Positions 8,960-19,496 of a DNA stretch of 64,000 nt are shown one piece after another (within the stretch, counting starts at the first letter, position 1; the number at the start of each line of letters is the position of its first letter). Under the pieces are notes generated by a model. It was not told the origin of the DNA. It saw only the letters and a list, made by a program, of their open reading frames with translations, and made no database searches. The stretch spans positions 1 to 64,000 of IMG/VR virus record IMGVR_UViG_3300013093_000017. One strand, given 5' to 3'. A program made the position numbers and the translations under genes.

Positions 8960-10207
8960 ATGAAAACAACAGATTTTAATATTACCCCAACAGCCGCTAC
9001 ATTAAACGAAAATATGTTTAAGAAATTTGGTAGTCGCGTAGATTTTGAAAAATACTCACGCGAAGATTTGGAGAACTATCGTAATCTATTACGCACTAAA
9101 GTGAATCAAACTGAAAGTGCTGCTGGTTTCAATGATTTACTGGCTAATGAAGATTACCAAAAAGACAAGTTCATGATGAACTTATTAAACACAAGGATTA
9201 AAGAAATGTTAGGTGAAAGCAAAAAAACAATTAGCGAGAAAGCTGTAAGTAAAGCACAACAACAGGCTGCAGGCATTGCTCTAGCTGCTAAGAAAGCAGG
9301 TAAGAAACCTACAGGCGGTGCAGCATCGGCTGAAATGGCCAAGATGTCAACTAAAGAATTAGAAAAGTTTGCAGGTACAAAACACAAAGGTCTTCCAAAG
9401 AAAGTTAAAGAAGGTGCTAAACCAGATTTCTTAGATCTAGACAAAGACGGTGACAAAAAAGAACCTATGAAGAAAGCCGCTAAAGAAGGTAAATGCTGCT
9501 GTGCTACAAAAGGTAAAGCAAAATGCCCAGTACATGGCAACGTGTCAGAAGCTAAGAAAGCAAAACCAGACTTCTTAGATGTAGATAAAGATGGCAATAA
9601 GAAAGAGACATTCAAAAAAGCCGTTAAAGACAACGCTAAGAAAAAACCAGTTAAGGAAAGCACAATGCGTTCACACTACAGAACAATCCTTGAAGGCCTA
9701 AATCAATTCCTTAAAGAAGATGAAGAAGGCAAAGCTAAAGATATTACTGCTGGTACAGATATGGTTAATGACTTTACAAGTTGGATGCAACGTGTTGGTC
9801 AATACCAAACTAAATCAATGATTGAACTAGCAGACAGTATCCGTGCTAACTTTGGTCAAGCTGAAGCAGACGCTTTCAAAGCAGCAATTACTCCAGCACT
9901 GCAAGAAGCATTATCAGCACTAACACAAAGCCGTGAAACAATCACTCGTGCAGTAGCAGTGTTAGCAGGCGAAGAAGCAGCTCAAAACCCAATGGGTGGC
10001 GAAACACCAGATCTAGCAGGTGGTGCAGAAGATCTTCCACCAGCTCCAGAAGATTCAATGAATCCAGCAGGCGACGAGTTTGGTGCTAGCGATGCAGCAG
10101 TAGGCGGATCAGAAGCAAGTGGTCGTGAAATGCGTGAAAGCCGTGCTTTCGCTCGCGCACGTAAGCTAGCTGAGTCACACTCAATCATGAGCAAGTTGGC
10201 TCGCTAA
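8960..10207 (+). CDS. Charged low-complexity protein, possible head core/scaffold, with two DxDxDG repeats
   Basis: KPDFLDLDKDGDKKE / KPDFLDVDKDGNKKE repeats, CCC...CPVH, acidic C-terminus; GATAAATA upstream. Confidence 0.6.
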   Translation: MKTTDFNITPTAATLNENMFKKFGSRVDFEKYSREDLENYRNLLRTKVNQTESAAGFNDLLANEDYQKDKFMMNLLNTRIKEMLGESKKTISEKAVSKAQQQAAGIALAAKKAGKKPTGGAASAEMAKMSTKELEKFAGTKHKGLPKKVKEGAKPDFLDLDKDGDKKEPMKKAAKEGKCCCATKGKAKCPVHGNVSEAKKAKPDFLDVDKDGNKKETFKKAVKDNAKKKPVKESTMRSHYRTILEGLNQFLKEDEEGKAKDITAGTDMVNDFTSWMQRVGQYQTKSMIELADSIRANFGQAEADAFKAAITPALQEALSALTQSRETITRAVAVLAGEEAAQNPMGGETPDLAGGAEDLPPAPEDSMNPAGDEFGASDAAVGGSEASGREMRESRAFARARKLAESHSIMSKLAR

Positions 10208-10563
10208 TGCGTTTATTTGAAGTAGCAGACCGTTTCGTAGACGACCTTGAAACGGTTTTACGCAATCTCGTAGGACGTGGGGACAGTAAACATGCCCCAC
10301 AAAGCCTATCTTATCCAGCACTGAGTAATCTATTAAAGAACATGGGCTACGGTGGTATTACCTACGACCAGTTTGCTCAGATCTATGATAACAATCCACA
10401 ATTACAGCCATTGATCCGCGACTACAACGATCAGGGGCTTGTACTAGGCACTAAGAAAGAACCAGAAGGCAGTGAACAATCGTCCTCTGAGGTTCCAGAT
10501 GGTCCTAGTGTTGATCAAATGGCGCACAGTGGCGCACAGCAACATTTAAACGATTTATCTTAA
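10207..10563 (+). CDS. Hypothetical protein
   Basis: TAATG coupling with the upstream gene. Confidence 0.6.
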   Translation: MRLFEVADRFVDDLETVLRNLVGRGDSKHAPQSLSYPALSNLLKNMGYGGITYDQFAQIYDNNPQLQPLIRDYNDQGLVLGTKKEPEGSEQSSSEVPDGPSVDQMAHSGAQQHLNDLS

Positions 10564-10570
10564 TTAATTC

Positions 10571-10599
10571 TTGTAATAGTTAAATCAATCTGTTATAAT
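10571..10599 (+). promoter_or_regulatory. sigma70-type promoter
   Basis: TTGTAA-N17-TATAAT with TG extension. Confidence 0.65.
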
Positions 10600-10606
10600 T
10601 AATGTT

Positions 10607-11359
10607 ATGACAATTACAACTCTAACCCCGCCTCCATTTATTGAGCGTTATCAATATAAAGCATGCCAGCAGATTAATGATCCAGTTACTCGCAAACGTG
10701 TATACCTAACTCCAGACGGAGAAAAACTACCCTCAGTTACAACCATTCTAAGTGCTACCAAAGATATGACGCACTTAAACGAATGGAAGAAACGTGTGGG
10801 TGTAGAAAATGCACAGCGCATTACTACAGAAGCGGCAGGGGTAGGGACTAGCCTTCATGCTAACTTAGAAAGATTCTTATGTGGCATACAACGGCAACCG
10901 GGAAATAATACAGTTCACATTAAAGCTAATGCTATGGCTAATGTTATTATTGAGAATGGATTAAAAGATGTCGACGAAGTTTGGGCCATGGAACAGAGCT
11001 TATACTTTCCTGGACTATATTCAGGTACTACTGATCTAGTGTGTGTATATAAAGGAAATCCGTGTATTGCTGATTATAAACAAACTAACAAGCCAAAAAA
11101 AGCAGAGTGGGTTGAAGATTATTATCTACAACTAATGGCATATACCTTAGCCCATAATGAAATTTATGGAACGGATATCCGTGAAGGTCATATCTTTATG
11201 GTTAGTCGAGGTAATGATAATCTTCAACCCGGTGGCGAACAATATCAACAGTTCGATCTACTGCCGGAAGATTTTAACAAATATCAAGATATGTGGCTAA
11301 ACAAGGTTGAAGAATACTATACATCAAACTTGCAAGGTCTCAAACCTCTTCTAACATAG
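10607..11359 (+). CDS. PD-(D/E)XK exonuclease (phage Cas4/RecB-like)
   Basis: LPSVTTIL, GTTDLV, IADYKQT, YYLQLMAY motifs. Confidence 0.8.
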   Translation: MTITTLTPPPFIERYQYKACQQINDPVTRKRVYLTPDGEKLPSVTTILSATKDMTHLNEWKKRVGVENAQRITTEAAGVGTSLHANLERFLCGIQRQPGNNTVHIKANAMANVIIENGLKDVDEVWAMEQSLYFPGLYSGTTDLVCVYKGNPCIADYKQTNKPKKAEWVEDYYLQLMAYTLAHNEIYGTDIREGHIFMVSRGNDNLQPGGEQYQQFDLLPEDFNKYQDMWLNKVEEYYTSNLQGLKPLLT

Positions 11360-11363
11360 AGGT

Positions 11364-11387
11364 ATGGCTATAGTAGAAATAGCTAAA
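11364..11387 (+). pseudogene. Relic 5' end of the downstream 12097 gene
   Basis: GAGGT RBS plus ATG GCT ATA GTA GAA ATA GCT AAA (MAIVEIAK), versus MAVIEVAK at 12097. Confidence 0.6.
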
Positions 11388-11394
11388 TACATTT

Positions 11395-12078
11395 ATGTAT
11401 ATCTATAAAATAACAAACAATATTAACGGTCGCTGGTATATAGGCAAGCATAATGGAACTGATCCTACCTATATGGGATCAGGTAAGTTGCTTAAACAGG
11501 CTTATAAGAAATACGGAAAAGAGAACTTTAAAAAAGAAATACTCGAAACTTGTGATACTGAGGAACAATTAAATTTTTGTGAAGCCCGTTGGATAGCTTT
11601 AACCGGTGCTATAACTGATCCTAACAGTTATAACTTAGTAGATGGTGGTACAGGTGGCGACCGCAGTAAATTTATTGCATATAGTAAAATTGATTATAGC
11701 AATCATAAATGTCAGGGTGCTACTGCTTGGTACCGTTCATTAACTCCTGAAGAAAGATCACAAAAACATGCTCGCACTGCGGAAAGTGTTGCTAAAGGTT
11801 GGTATGTAAGCCGCATAGACGATCCTACTGAAATTTATGTACACAATATTGCTAAATGGTGTAAAGAACATGGAGTAGGGACATCATTTGTTTCTGAATC
11901 AAATAATCCCAATCATCCATTATTTCAAAAACAATCGAAAGGTTGGCGTATTAGAAGATCGGATATGCCTGCGCTACCTCCATATGAAAATCGCCGAAAG
12001 ATCGGCCATCCTAATATTGCCTGTAAAGGCAGAGGTTGGAAACTCGTAGATGGAAAACGTGTTTGGTACGATAAATAG
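11395..12078 (+). mobile_element. Free-standing GIY-YIG homing endonuclease (Seg-like)
   Basis: MYIYKITNNINGRWYIGKH...YMGSG...YNL; late motif GCTAAATA upstream. Confidence 0.85.
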
Positions 12079-12096
12079 AGTATTAGGAGATATATT

Positions 12097-13764
12097 ATGG
12101 CCGTAATTGAGGTGGCGAAGTTACAAGTCCGCCGAGGACAAGAAGGTATTACAGGATTACCACAGCTGGACAGTGGTGAATTTGGTTGGGCTATTGATGC
12201 ACAATCTTTATATATCGGTAACGGTTCGTTAGCAGAAGGCGCTCCAGCAGTAGGTAACACCCGTGTCTTAACAGAACACGATGTTAATCTATTCAATTTA
12301 TCTACCAGCACTTCTTATCTGCAAAATGATGCAGGCCAGCATCGCGACAGCGGTATAAATTTATATACAGATCCATCTGGTAGTGCGTATACCTATAGAA
12401 CTGTAGCCGATAAACTTAATGACTTTGCCACAATATATGACTTTGCGGGCATCAATGATGGTGTTACTGATAACACTGAAGCATTGCAAAATGCCATTGA
12501 TCAAATTTGGTTAAACTCCGACAAGAACAGCACACGCAGTAGAATAGCATTACGTATTCCTGCCGGCACATATCTTGTTTCTAATACAATATACATTCCA
12601 CCTTACACAACCTTAATTGGTGATGGGCAAGAAAAGACTGTTATTCGTTTAATGTCAACATCTGCATCTCTATTACAGACCTGTGATGTAACTAGTTCAG
12701 CCGGCGAGTATGTGTACTTCCAACCAGGTAATACAAATATTACCACTAATATTCCTAATATAAGTCTAATTGGAATAACATTTGAATACAATCCAACATT
12801 TAGTGGTGGCGGCAATAATACTATGCAACCTACCCTGCCGATTGTACGTCTTGACTGTGCTACTGATTCTCAAATTATTGATTGTAGATTTAACGGTTAT
12901 TATGTGGCCGGTAATTTAGACGTCTATGGTAGTAGTGTAGATTACTGTGGATTAGAGCTACGCGGACAAGGGGCAATTGCCACTAAAGATCTATTAATTG
13001 AAAATTGTACGTTTGATGGGTTTATATACGATATTAACTCAAATTACGATATACAAGATACTGTTATCAACAGTTGTATATTTAGAAATTCCAGCAGAGG
13101 AATTGTTGGTGGACAAACATTGGCTTCTGGAAATAGTGCAGGACCAGTAAGAACCAAAATACAAAATAGTAAATTTGTCAACATTGAACAAGAAGCTATC
13201 TATTTCTTTGATAATGGTATTCCTGCTTATAATATCAGCACACACAATACATTCCAAGAAGTTGGTAATAATTTAAACGGTGATATTAATCCTGTTACTG
13301 CGGTTCTTAATTTCCAAAGTCAGGGTAACAGATCAATTGAGGATTATTTTGGTCGATTTGATGTAATGAATGCCGATCAGGGTGGAAATTATTTCCGTGA
13401 ACTAGTTGAAGGCAAGGGCTACGAAGAACGCACCAGCGTATTAGAACATAATTTATCTGCCGGCACGGTGTTATTGGCTAAATTTCCAATAGCCATAAGT
13501 GATCAAGCAATTAATATGCAATATTCGATTATTAAACCTGTTGCAAACGTATACAGAACGGGCGAGCTACATATACATGTATCAGTTAATGGTGATGTTC
13601 CAACTGCTACACTTACTGAAAATTATTCATATAATGGAGCCAACAATGGATCTATTGAGTTTTCAGCGGCTACTAATACTCTTACCAATACTTTGAGTCT
13701 TAGTTTTATAAACAATGGCACCGCAGAAGGTGTCTTACGTTACAAATATAACCAACTACAATAA
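12097..13764 (+). CDS. Virion protein with pectate-lyase-like beta-helix (tailspike/baseplate type)
   Basis: N-terminal LQVRRG...GEFGWAID..LYIGNG; DGVTDNTEALQNAID; repeated ..NC.F. beta-helix turns. Confidence 0.7.
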   Translation: MAVIEVAKLQVRRGQEGITGLPQLDSGEFGWAIDAQSLYIGNGSLAEGAPAVGNTRVLTEHDVNLFNLSTSTSYLQNDAGQHRDSGINLYTDPSGSAYTYRTVADKLNDFATIYDFAGINDGVTDNTEALQNAIDQIWLNSDKNSTRSRIALRIPAGTYLVSNTIYIPPYTTLIGDGQEKTVIRLMSTSASLLQTCDVTSSAGEYVYFQPGNTNITTNIPNISLIGITFEYNPTFSGGGNNTMQPTLPIVRLDCATDSQIIDCRFNGYYVAGNLDVYGSSVDYCGLELRGQGAIATKDLLIENCTFDGFIYDINSNYDIQDTVINSCIFRNSSRGIVGGQTLASGNSAGPVRTKIQNSKFVNIEQEAIYFFDNGIPAYNISTHNTFQEVGNNLNGDINPVTAVLNFQSQGNRSIEDYFGRFDVMNADQGGNYFRELVEGKGYEERTSVLEHNLSAGTVLLAKFPIAISDQAINMQYSIIKPVANVYRTGELHIHVSVNGDVPTATLTENYSYNGANNGSIEFSAATNTLTNTLSLSFINNGTAEGVLRYKYNQLQ

Positions 13765-14196
13765 ATGTTTAATAAATCACCAGACGAGCGATTGTCTGAT
13801 TGGTCAGATTTCCGTAAGGAACTAACCACCTCAGAAGATCCGCTTGAAACATTAGCCAACTTTTGGTCAGCAGCACCTAGGATTATTCATAATCCTAAGA
13901 TTGACCCTTATAACCCAAAAAGTTGGCCAACACCGTGGGAACTCATCTACGAAAACAAGTATGATGATTTCACCCTAGCATTAATGATGGGTTATACTCT
14001 GAAACTTTCAGATCGTTTCAAAAATGATAAGATAGAACTCAAAACAATGGTTGATTCACAAAAGACTAGGCTGTATAATTTAGTTTATGTGAATGAAACT
14101 GACGTGTTGAATTATGAGTCCGGTAGTATCAAGGCTCAAGATCTAGATAGTGAATTATACCTCGAAAATATTATCGAGATTGTTTACCCTAGGTAA
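13765..14196 (+). CDS. Hypothetical phage protein
   Basis: 143 aa ORF abutting the upstream stop. Confidence 0.6.
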   Translation: MFNKSPDERLSDWSDFRKELTTSEDPLETLANFWSAAPRIIHNPKIDPYNPKSWPTPWELIYENKYDDFTLALMMGYTLKLSDRFKNDKIELKTMVDSQKTRLYNLVYVNETDVLNYESGSIKAQDLDSELYLENIIEIVYPR

Positions 14197-14246
14197 ATAT
14201 CTTCCTAGTCAGTGTAAGTAAAAATTTAAAATAATAAAGGTCACAA

Positions 14247-16586
14247 ATGATCACAGTAGTCAAACGCAATGGGCAAAGAGTGCCTCTAGACATCTCTAAA
14301 ATTCAAAGACAAGTAGCATTTGGTTGTAGAGGTATAGACGGAGTAAGCCCGTCGATGATTGAAATTAAAGCACAGATAGAATTACACGATGGTATGACAA
14401 CAGAAACTATCGATGAACTACTATTAAAGGCTATGGTGGACCTAATCGACGAAACCGAAAATCCAGAAACAAACAATACAAATTATCAATACGTAGCAGG
14501 ACGACAGAGAGTTAGTATGCTACGCAAAGAAGTATATGGAGAATATGATCCTCCTAAACTTTACAGCATAGTACAGGCAAATGTAGCCGCAGGTATGTAC
14601 ACCTCTGAATTATTAGATTGGTACACAGAAGATGAATGGAATATCATTGATCTGTTCATTGACCATGCTAAAGACGAAGATTATACCTACGCTGCGATTG
14701 CACAGTTAGCTGAAAAATACCTAGTACAAAATCGTGCTACTGGGCAAATTTACGAAACTCCGCAAGTGCGTTATGCAATAGCCGCTGCTACAGCATTCCA
14801 TAATGAACCCAAAGAAACAAGACTAAAACTTATTAAGGAATATTATGAATGCGCTAGTGATGGGCACTTTACTCTCGCTACTCCTGTGCTTGCTGGCTTG
14901 GGAACTACAACTAAACAGTTTTCGAGTTGTGTACTTATTAGCTCGGATGATACATTAGACAGTATATTCGCTGCTGGAGAAATGATGGCCAAATATGCTT
15001 CAAAACGAGCCGGAATTGGTCTCGAAATAGGCAGAATCCGCCCCTTAGGTGCACCGATTCGCAATGGTGAAATCAAACATACGGGTATGATACCCTTTCT
15101 AAAGAAATGGTTTGCCGATTTACGTAGTTGTAGTCAAGGAGGCATCCGCAATGCCAGTTGTACTGTGACTTTCCCTGTTTGGCACTATCAGTTTGAAGAC
15201 CTTATCGTATTGAAAAACAATCAAGGTACTGAAGAAGTGCGTGTACGTCAAATGGACTATTCAGTTGTTGTGAACAAGATGTTTTGGAATCGCTATCGCA
15301 ACGGTGAAACAATGAGTTTGTTCGATCCAAGTGAAGTCCCAGACTTGTACGAAGCGTACTATCGCGACAGTGATGAATTTGAAGCATTGTATTTGAAATA
15401 TGAAGCTGACAAGAGCATCAAGAAGAAAGTGGTATCAGCAGAAGAAGTGTTTAAGAACGGTATCCTAAAAGAGCGCACTGACACTGGTCGTATCTATCTA
15501 GTGAATATAGACAATGTTATTAACCAAGGTCCGTTTGATACCACAGTAGATCCTATCTATCAAAGTAATCTTTGTCAAGAGATCCTATTACCAACTAAGC
15601 CTTTTCAACGTATTGAAGATCCAGATGGTCGTATTGCGCTATGTACGCTAGGTAGCATTAACTGGGGTGCCTTTACTAATCCACAACAGATGCGTAAATG
15701 CTGCCGTGTGTTAGTGCGTAGTCTAAGCAACTTGTTAAACTATCAAGACTTCCTAAGCATACAAAGCAAACTGGCCAATCAGGACTTTGAACCCTTAGGT
15801 GTAGGTATCACTAACCTAGCCTATTGGCACGCTAAACGTAACTTGAAATATGGCCAACCAGAAGCACTTGCTGAAGTGCGTCGTTGGATGGAACATCAAG
15901 CATACTATCTAACTGAGACCAGTGTTGAACTAGCACAAGAGCGTGGCAAATGTCAGCGCAGTGACAACACCTGGTATGGTAAGGGTGTGTTTCCGTGGGA
16001 ACGTCGTAGCAAGAATGTTGACGAACTAGCAGACTTTACTCCGAGTATGGATTGGGAACCACTACGTGAACGTATGAAACTATACGGTATCCGTAATGCT
16101 ACATTGATGGCAGTAGCACCAGTTGAATCAAGTTCGGTAGTATTAAACAGCACTAACGGTATCGAAATGCCTATGGAAATGATCAGCATCAAAGAATCAA
16201 AAGCAGGAAGTTTTGTACAGGTAGTTCCAGAATACAAGCGTCTAAAGAATCGCTACCAATTAATGTGGGATCAAACTGACTGTGTTGACTATTTGAAAAC
16301 TGCGGCAGTACTAGCAGCTTATATTGATCAAAGCCTAAGTACCAACACTTTCTACAATCCAGCACACTTTGCTGAAGGTAAGATTCCTGGCACGCTAATT
16401 GCCAAGAACCTAATGTTGGCATACCGTTGGGGATTGAAAACTATGTACTATAGCCTAATCAATAAGGTTGGTACTAAGACCACGGTCACAGATGATGTGG
16501 CAGCAAAGATTACCGGCACTATCAGTAGCCGAGATGATATTATTATATATGACAACGAAGAAGATTGTTTAGCTTGTAAATTATAA
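14247..16586 (+). CDS. nrdA: Ribonucleotide reductase class Ia alpha subunit
   Basis: ATP-cone VVKRNG, SSCVL, SNLCQEI, ALCTLGSIN, C-terminal CLACKL. Confidence 0.97.
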   Translation: MITVVKRNGQRVPLDISKIQRQVAFGCRGIDGVSPSMIEIKAQIELHDGMTTETIDELLLKAMVDLIDETENPETNNTNYQYVAGRQRVSMLRKEVYGEYDPPKLYSIVQANVAAGMYTSELLDWYTEDEWNIIDLFIDHAKDEDYTYAAIAQLAEKYLVQNRATGQIYETPQVRYAIAAATAFHNEPKETRLKLIKEYYECASDGHFTLATPVLAGLGTTTKQFSSCVLISSDDTLDSIFAAGEMMAKYASKRAGIGLEIGRIRPLGAPIRNGEIKHTGMIPFLKKWFADLRSCSQGGIRNASCTVTFPVWHYQFEDLIVLKNNQGTEEVRVRQMDYSVVVNKMFWNRYRNGETMSLFDPSEVPDLYEAYYRDSDEFEALYLKYEADKSIKKKVVSAEEVFKNGILKERTDTGRIYLVNIDNVINQGPFDTTVDPIYQSNLCQEILLPTKPFQRIEDPDGRIALCTLGSINWGAFTNPQQMRKCCRVLVRSLSNLLNYQDFLSIQSKLANQDFEPLGVGITNLAYWHAKRNLKYGQPEALAEVRRWMEHQAYYLTETSVELAQERGKCQRSDNTWYGKGVFPWERRSKNVDELADFTPSMDWEPLRERMKLYGIRNATLMAVAPVESSSVVLNSTNGIEMPMEMISIKESKAGSFVQVVPEYKRLKNRYQLMWDQTDCVDYLKTAAVLAAYIDQSLSTNTFYNPAHFAEGKIPGTLIAKNLMLAYRWGLKTMYYSLINKVGTKTTVTDDVAAKITGTISSRDDIIIYDNEEDCLACKL

Positions 16587-16596
16587 AGGGAAATAG

Positions 16597-17691
16597 ATGT
16601 CAAAAGCACAGTATGATATTAGTAAGCAAACCAACTACTTAAAAAGAAAGATGTTTCTTGATGGAGTTGTTACCGTTCAGCGATTTGAAGAATTTAGGTT
16701 TCCTCGGATAGCTAAGTTCGAAGAGATTCAGAGGGGGTATTTTTGGGTACCTGAAGAGATTAGTCTAACCAAAGACAAGATGGATCATAAGGATGCTACT
16801 GATGCTGTCAAGCACATCTTTACCAGCAACTTGTTGCGCCAAACGGCTTTAGATAGTATACAGGGTCGCGCTCCGGTTCAAATATTCAGCCCAGTAGTTA
16901 GTGTTCCAGAACTAGAAGCACTTGTAAGTATTTGGTCGATGTTCGAAACAAATATCCACAGTAAGTCATACAGTCACATCATCCGTAATGTCTACGGAGT
17001 ACCTAAGGACGAGTTTAATAAGATCCACGACACACAAGAAATCATTAGTATGGCTGCTAACATTGGCCGCTATTATGAAGATCTACATCAACTAAACTGT
17101 CGTAAAGAGTGTGGCGAAGTGATTGACACTTACACACATAAGAAGGCCATATGGTTAGCTCTACACGCTAGCTATGCGTTAGAAGCCTTTCGATTTATGG
17201 TGTCATTTGCCACCAGCTTGGCCATGGTTGAGAACAAGATCTACATTGGTAATGGTAATATTATTAGTTTAATCCTACAAGACGAGATCTTACATGCAGA
17301 ATGGACTGCGTGGATTATCAACAATGTGACCAAAGATGATCCAGATTTTGTTCAACTTGATCTAGAATGTGCCGATGAAGTCTACGCAATGTACATGGAA
17401 GTGATTGAAGAAGAAAAATCCTGGGCTGACTACTTGTTTAGCAAGGGTGTGGTCATTGGTCTTAACGCAGACATCCTTAAGAACTTCGTTGACTACACAG
17501 CATTTACACGCCTAAAGGACATTGGCATCAAGTATCTAGGTGATCATCCTAAACAAAGTCCAATACCTTGGTTTAACAAACATACAAACATCAACAAGAA
17601 ACAATCAGCACTACAAGAAACAGAATCAACAAACTACGTAATTGGAGCGATGTCAGATAACGTTAGTTTTGATGAACTACCGGAACTATAA
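16597..17691 (+). CDS. nrdB: Ribonucleotide reductase class Ia beta subunit
   Basis: FWVPEEI, ETNIHSKSYS, EAFRF, DEILH, C-terminal QETESTNYVIG. Confidence 0.97.
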   Translation: MSKAQYDISKQTNYLKRKMFLDGVVTVQRFEEFRFPRIAKFEEIQRGYFWVPEEISLTKDKMDHKDATDAVKHIFTSNLLRQTALDSIQGRAPVQIFSPVVSVPELEALVSIWSMFETNIHSKSYSHIIRNVYGVPKDEFNKIHDTQEIISMAANIGRYYEDLHQLNCRKECGEVIDTYTHKKAIWLALHASYALEAFRFMVSFATSLAMVENKIYIGNGNIISLILQDEILHAEWTAWIINNVTKDDPDFVQLDLECADEVYAMYMEVIEEEKSWADYLFSKGVVIGLNADILKNFVDYTAFTRLKDIGIKYLGDHPKQSPIPWFNKHTNINKKQSALQETESTNYVIGAMSDNVSFDELPEL

Positions 17692-17739
17692 GGAAAATAA
17701 CATGGCTGAAATTAAAGAAACAAAGGAATTACCTAACAA

Positions 17740-17964
17740 ATGCGAGCAATAGTATGGAGTAGGAATCAATGTCCATTTTGCGACCAAGCAAAAGCATTGT
17801 TGAAAATGAAAGGCATTGAGTTCGAAGAGCGCAATGTAAGTACAGACTGGACCAAAGAGCAATTGCTTGAAGCAATTCCGACTGCTCGCACAGTACCTCA
17901 GATTGTATTAGACGGTGAATTAGTAGGTGGCTTCACAGAGCTACGTAAAAAATTAGCGGAGTAA
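17740..17964 (+). CDS. Glutaredoxin
   Basis: CPFC active site, TVPQI, GGFTEL. Confidence 0.92.
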   Translation: MRAIVWSRNQCPFCDQAKALLKMKGIEFEERNVSTDWTKEQLLEAIPTARTVPQIVLDGELVGGFTELRKKLAE

Positions 17965-17966
17965 TT

Positions 17967-18410
17967 ATGAACGAACAAGAAAATAATGCCAATGTGACCA
18001 TCGGTGATGAACAAGATGTTGATTTAGAAATTAACAATACTATTACTATTAATACTGATGACTGGCTTAATCAATTTATGTCAACTCCTAGTCTGGGAAA
18101 TATAACAATATCTGCCTCTACTGGTAATAACTATGGAACAACTATATCTTCTGGATATAATCCTTCTTGGACATCTGCTAATCATTATGGCCCAGCAAGT
18201 GCTCAGCTTGATCTAGAAGGCGAAGACGCCGATGTTGTTATCAACGGTAAGAGTTTGACTAAATTTATGGAAACAATGGAAAGTCGGTTGGCTATCCTAA
18301 CTCCAGATTTAGAAAAGTTAGAACACTTTGCGGCACTTAAGAAAGCATACGACAACTACAAAATGTTAGAAGCTCTATGTGAAATGCCCGCCAAGGAACA
18401 AGATGATTGA
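17967..18410 (+). CDS. Hypothetical protein
   Basis: GGAG RBS; 147 aa. Confidence 0.6.
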   Translation: MNEQENNANVTIGDEQDVDLEINNTITINTDDWLNQFMSTPSLGNITISASTGNNYGTTISSGYNPSWTSANHYGPASAQLDLEGEDADVVINGKSLTKFMETMESRLAILTPDLEKLEHFAALKKAYDNYKMLEALCEMPAKEQDD

Positions 18411-18546
18411 TCCAGAAATCAAAGTATTACAAGACATAGTTAAACGTCAATCTAGAGCCATAGACGATCTAATACAACGTGTGTTATATCTTGAAAGAGA
18501 AAACAAACGCAGACGTAGTGAAATACAACAAATACCAACAAAATAA
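18403..18546 (+). CDS. 47 aa coiled-coil small protein
   Basis: AAGGA RBS; MIDPEIKVLQDIVKRQ...TK*. Confidence 0.55.
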   Translation: MIDPEIKVLQDIVKRQSRAIDDLIQRVLYLERENKRRRSEIQQIPTK

Positions 18547-18559
18547 TAAAGGAAAATAA

Positions 18560-19162
18560 ATGAGTTTTGATAAGTTCATAGTCGTAGACGACTTTATCCC
18601 TCTTTCATTGCAAGAAGAAATTAAAGGAAATTTAATTGGTAAATCTGAGGGACACGGTTTTCCTTGGTTTTATACAAATGATATAACATACGGAGTACAT
18701 GCAAAAAATTCTGAAAGAAATCCTGCATTTAGTCATTTGTTTAAAGTAGGCGATAAGGTAGTTTCGCCACATTTTAGTTTTGTTGCAGGATTAGCACATA
18801 TTGGCGCAGGGCTAGTTGATTTTAATTTTAAGAGTATTATACAAGCTAGAGCATTTATACAACTACCTTTAGAGTCTAGCTTTAAGAGAGCTGAAACTGA
18901 TCTATTACATATTGACTCAATTGATCCTCATCTAGTAGTACTATATTATGTTGTAGATGCTGACGGTGATACCTTATTAACAGATACTAAGTATACTCCT
19001 GGCGAAGAAGATCGTTGGGATATGAAAGTTGAAGATCATAATGTTATTGCTAGAGTTACTCCAAAACAAGGTCGTGCGTTAATATTTGACGGAAGCTATT
19101 ATCATACTGCCGAGCAACCTACAAACAGTTTAAGATGTGTTATCAATTTTGATGTTGCATAA
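18560..19162 (+). CDS. 2OG-Fe(II) oxygenase-like protein
   Basis: H-x-D (LHID), VLYYV, distal His (YHTAE), RCVINF. Confidence 0.75.
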   Translation: MSFDKFIVVDDFIPLSLQEEIKGNLIGKSEGHGFPWFYTNDITYGVHAKNSERNPAFSHLFKVGDKVVSPHFSFVAGLAHIGAGLVDFNFKSIIQARAFIQLPLESSFKRAETDLLHIDSIDPHLVVLYYVVDADGDTLLTDTKYTPGEEDRWDMKVEDHNVIARVTPKQGRALIFDGSYYHTAEQPTNSLRCVINFDVA

Positions 19163-19204
19163 ACATCTAACAATAAAAATAGTAAATTATAAAAGGAAAA
19201 TTAA

Positions 19205-19489
19205 ATGTTAATAAGCAAAGGTTTTACACAAGGTGATGTAGTAAGTTTAAAGTTAGTTAACGGTGATGAAATTATCGCACGTTTTGAATCGCAAACAACG
19301 GACTCTGTGACCATCAATCGTCCACTAGCGTTGACCATGAGTAATAATGGATTAGGTATGATCCCATGGTGCTTCTTAGGTGAAGATGACAAAATCACTA
19401 TCAACAAATCAAATACATTCTTTATAGTGGCCAGCAAAGCAGATGCTGCCAAGCAATATCTAGAAGGCACCACCGGCCTAACACTATAA
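19205..19489 (+). CDS. Small beta-rich protein, possible Sm-like fold
   Basis: VVSLKLVNGDEIIARF pattern resembles the Sm1 motif. Confidence 0.45.
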   Translation: MLISKGFTQGDVVSLKLVNGDEIIARFESQTTDSVTINRPLALTMSNNGLGMIPWCFLGEDDKITINKSNTFFIVASKADAAKQYLEGTTGLTL

Positions 19490-19492
19490 ATA
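19485..19492 (+). promoter_or_regulatory. T4-type late promoter
   Basis: Exact TATAAATA. Variants (N)TAAATA precede many genes, e.g. near 6030, 7001, 7555, 8929, 12071, 19594, 41502, 48592. Confidence 0.7.
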
Positions 19493-19496
19493 TCTT

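Noticed and set aside
17702-17752. 16 aa ORF overlapping the glutaredoxin start
   Set aside because: It has an RBS but is out of frame with Grx and has no other support
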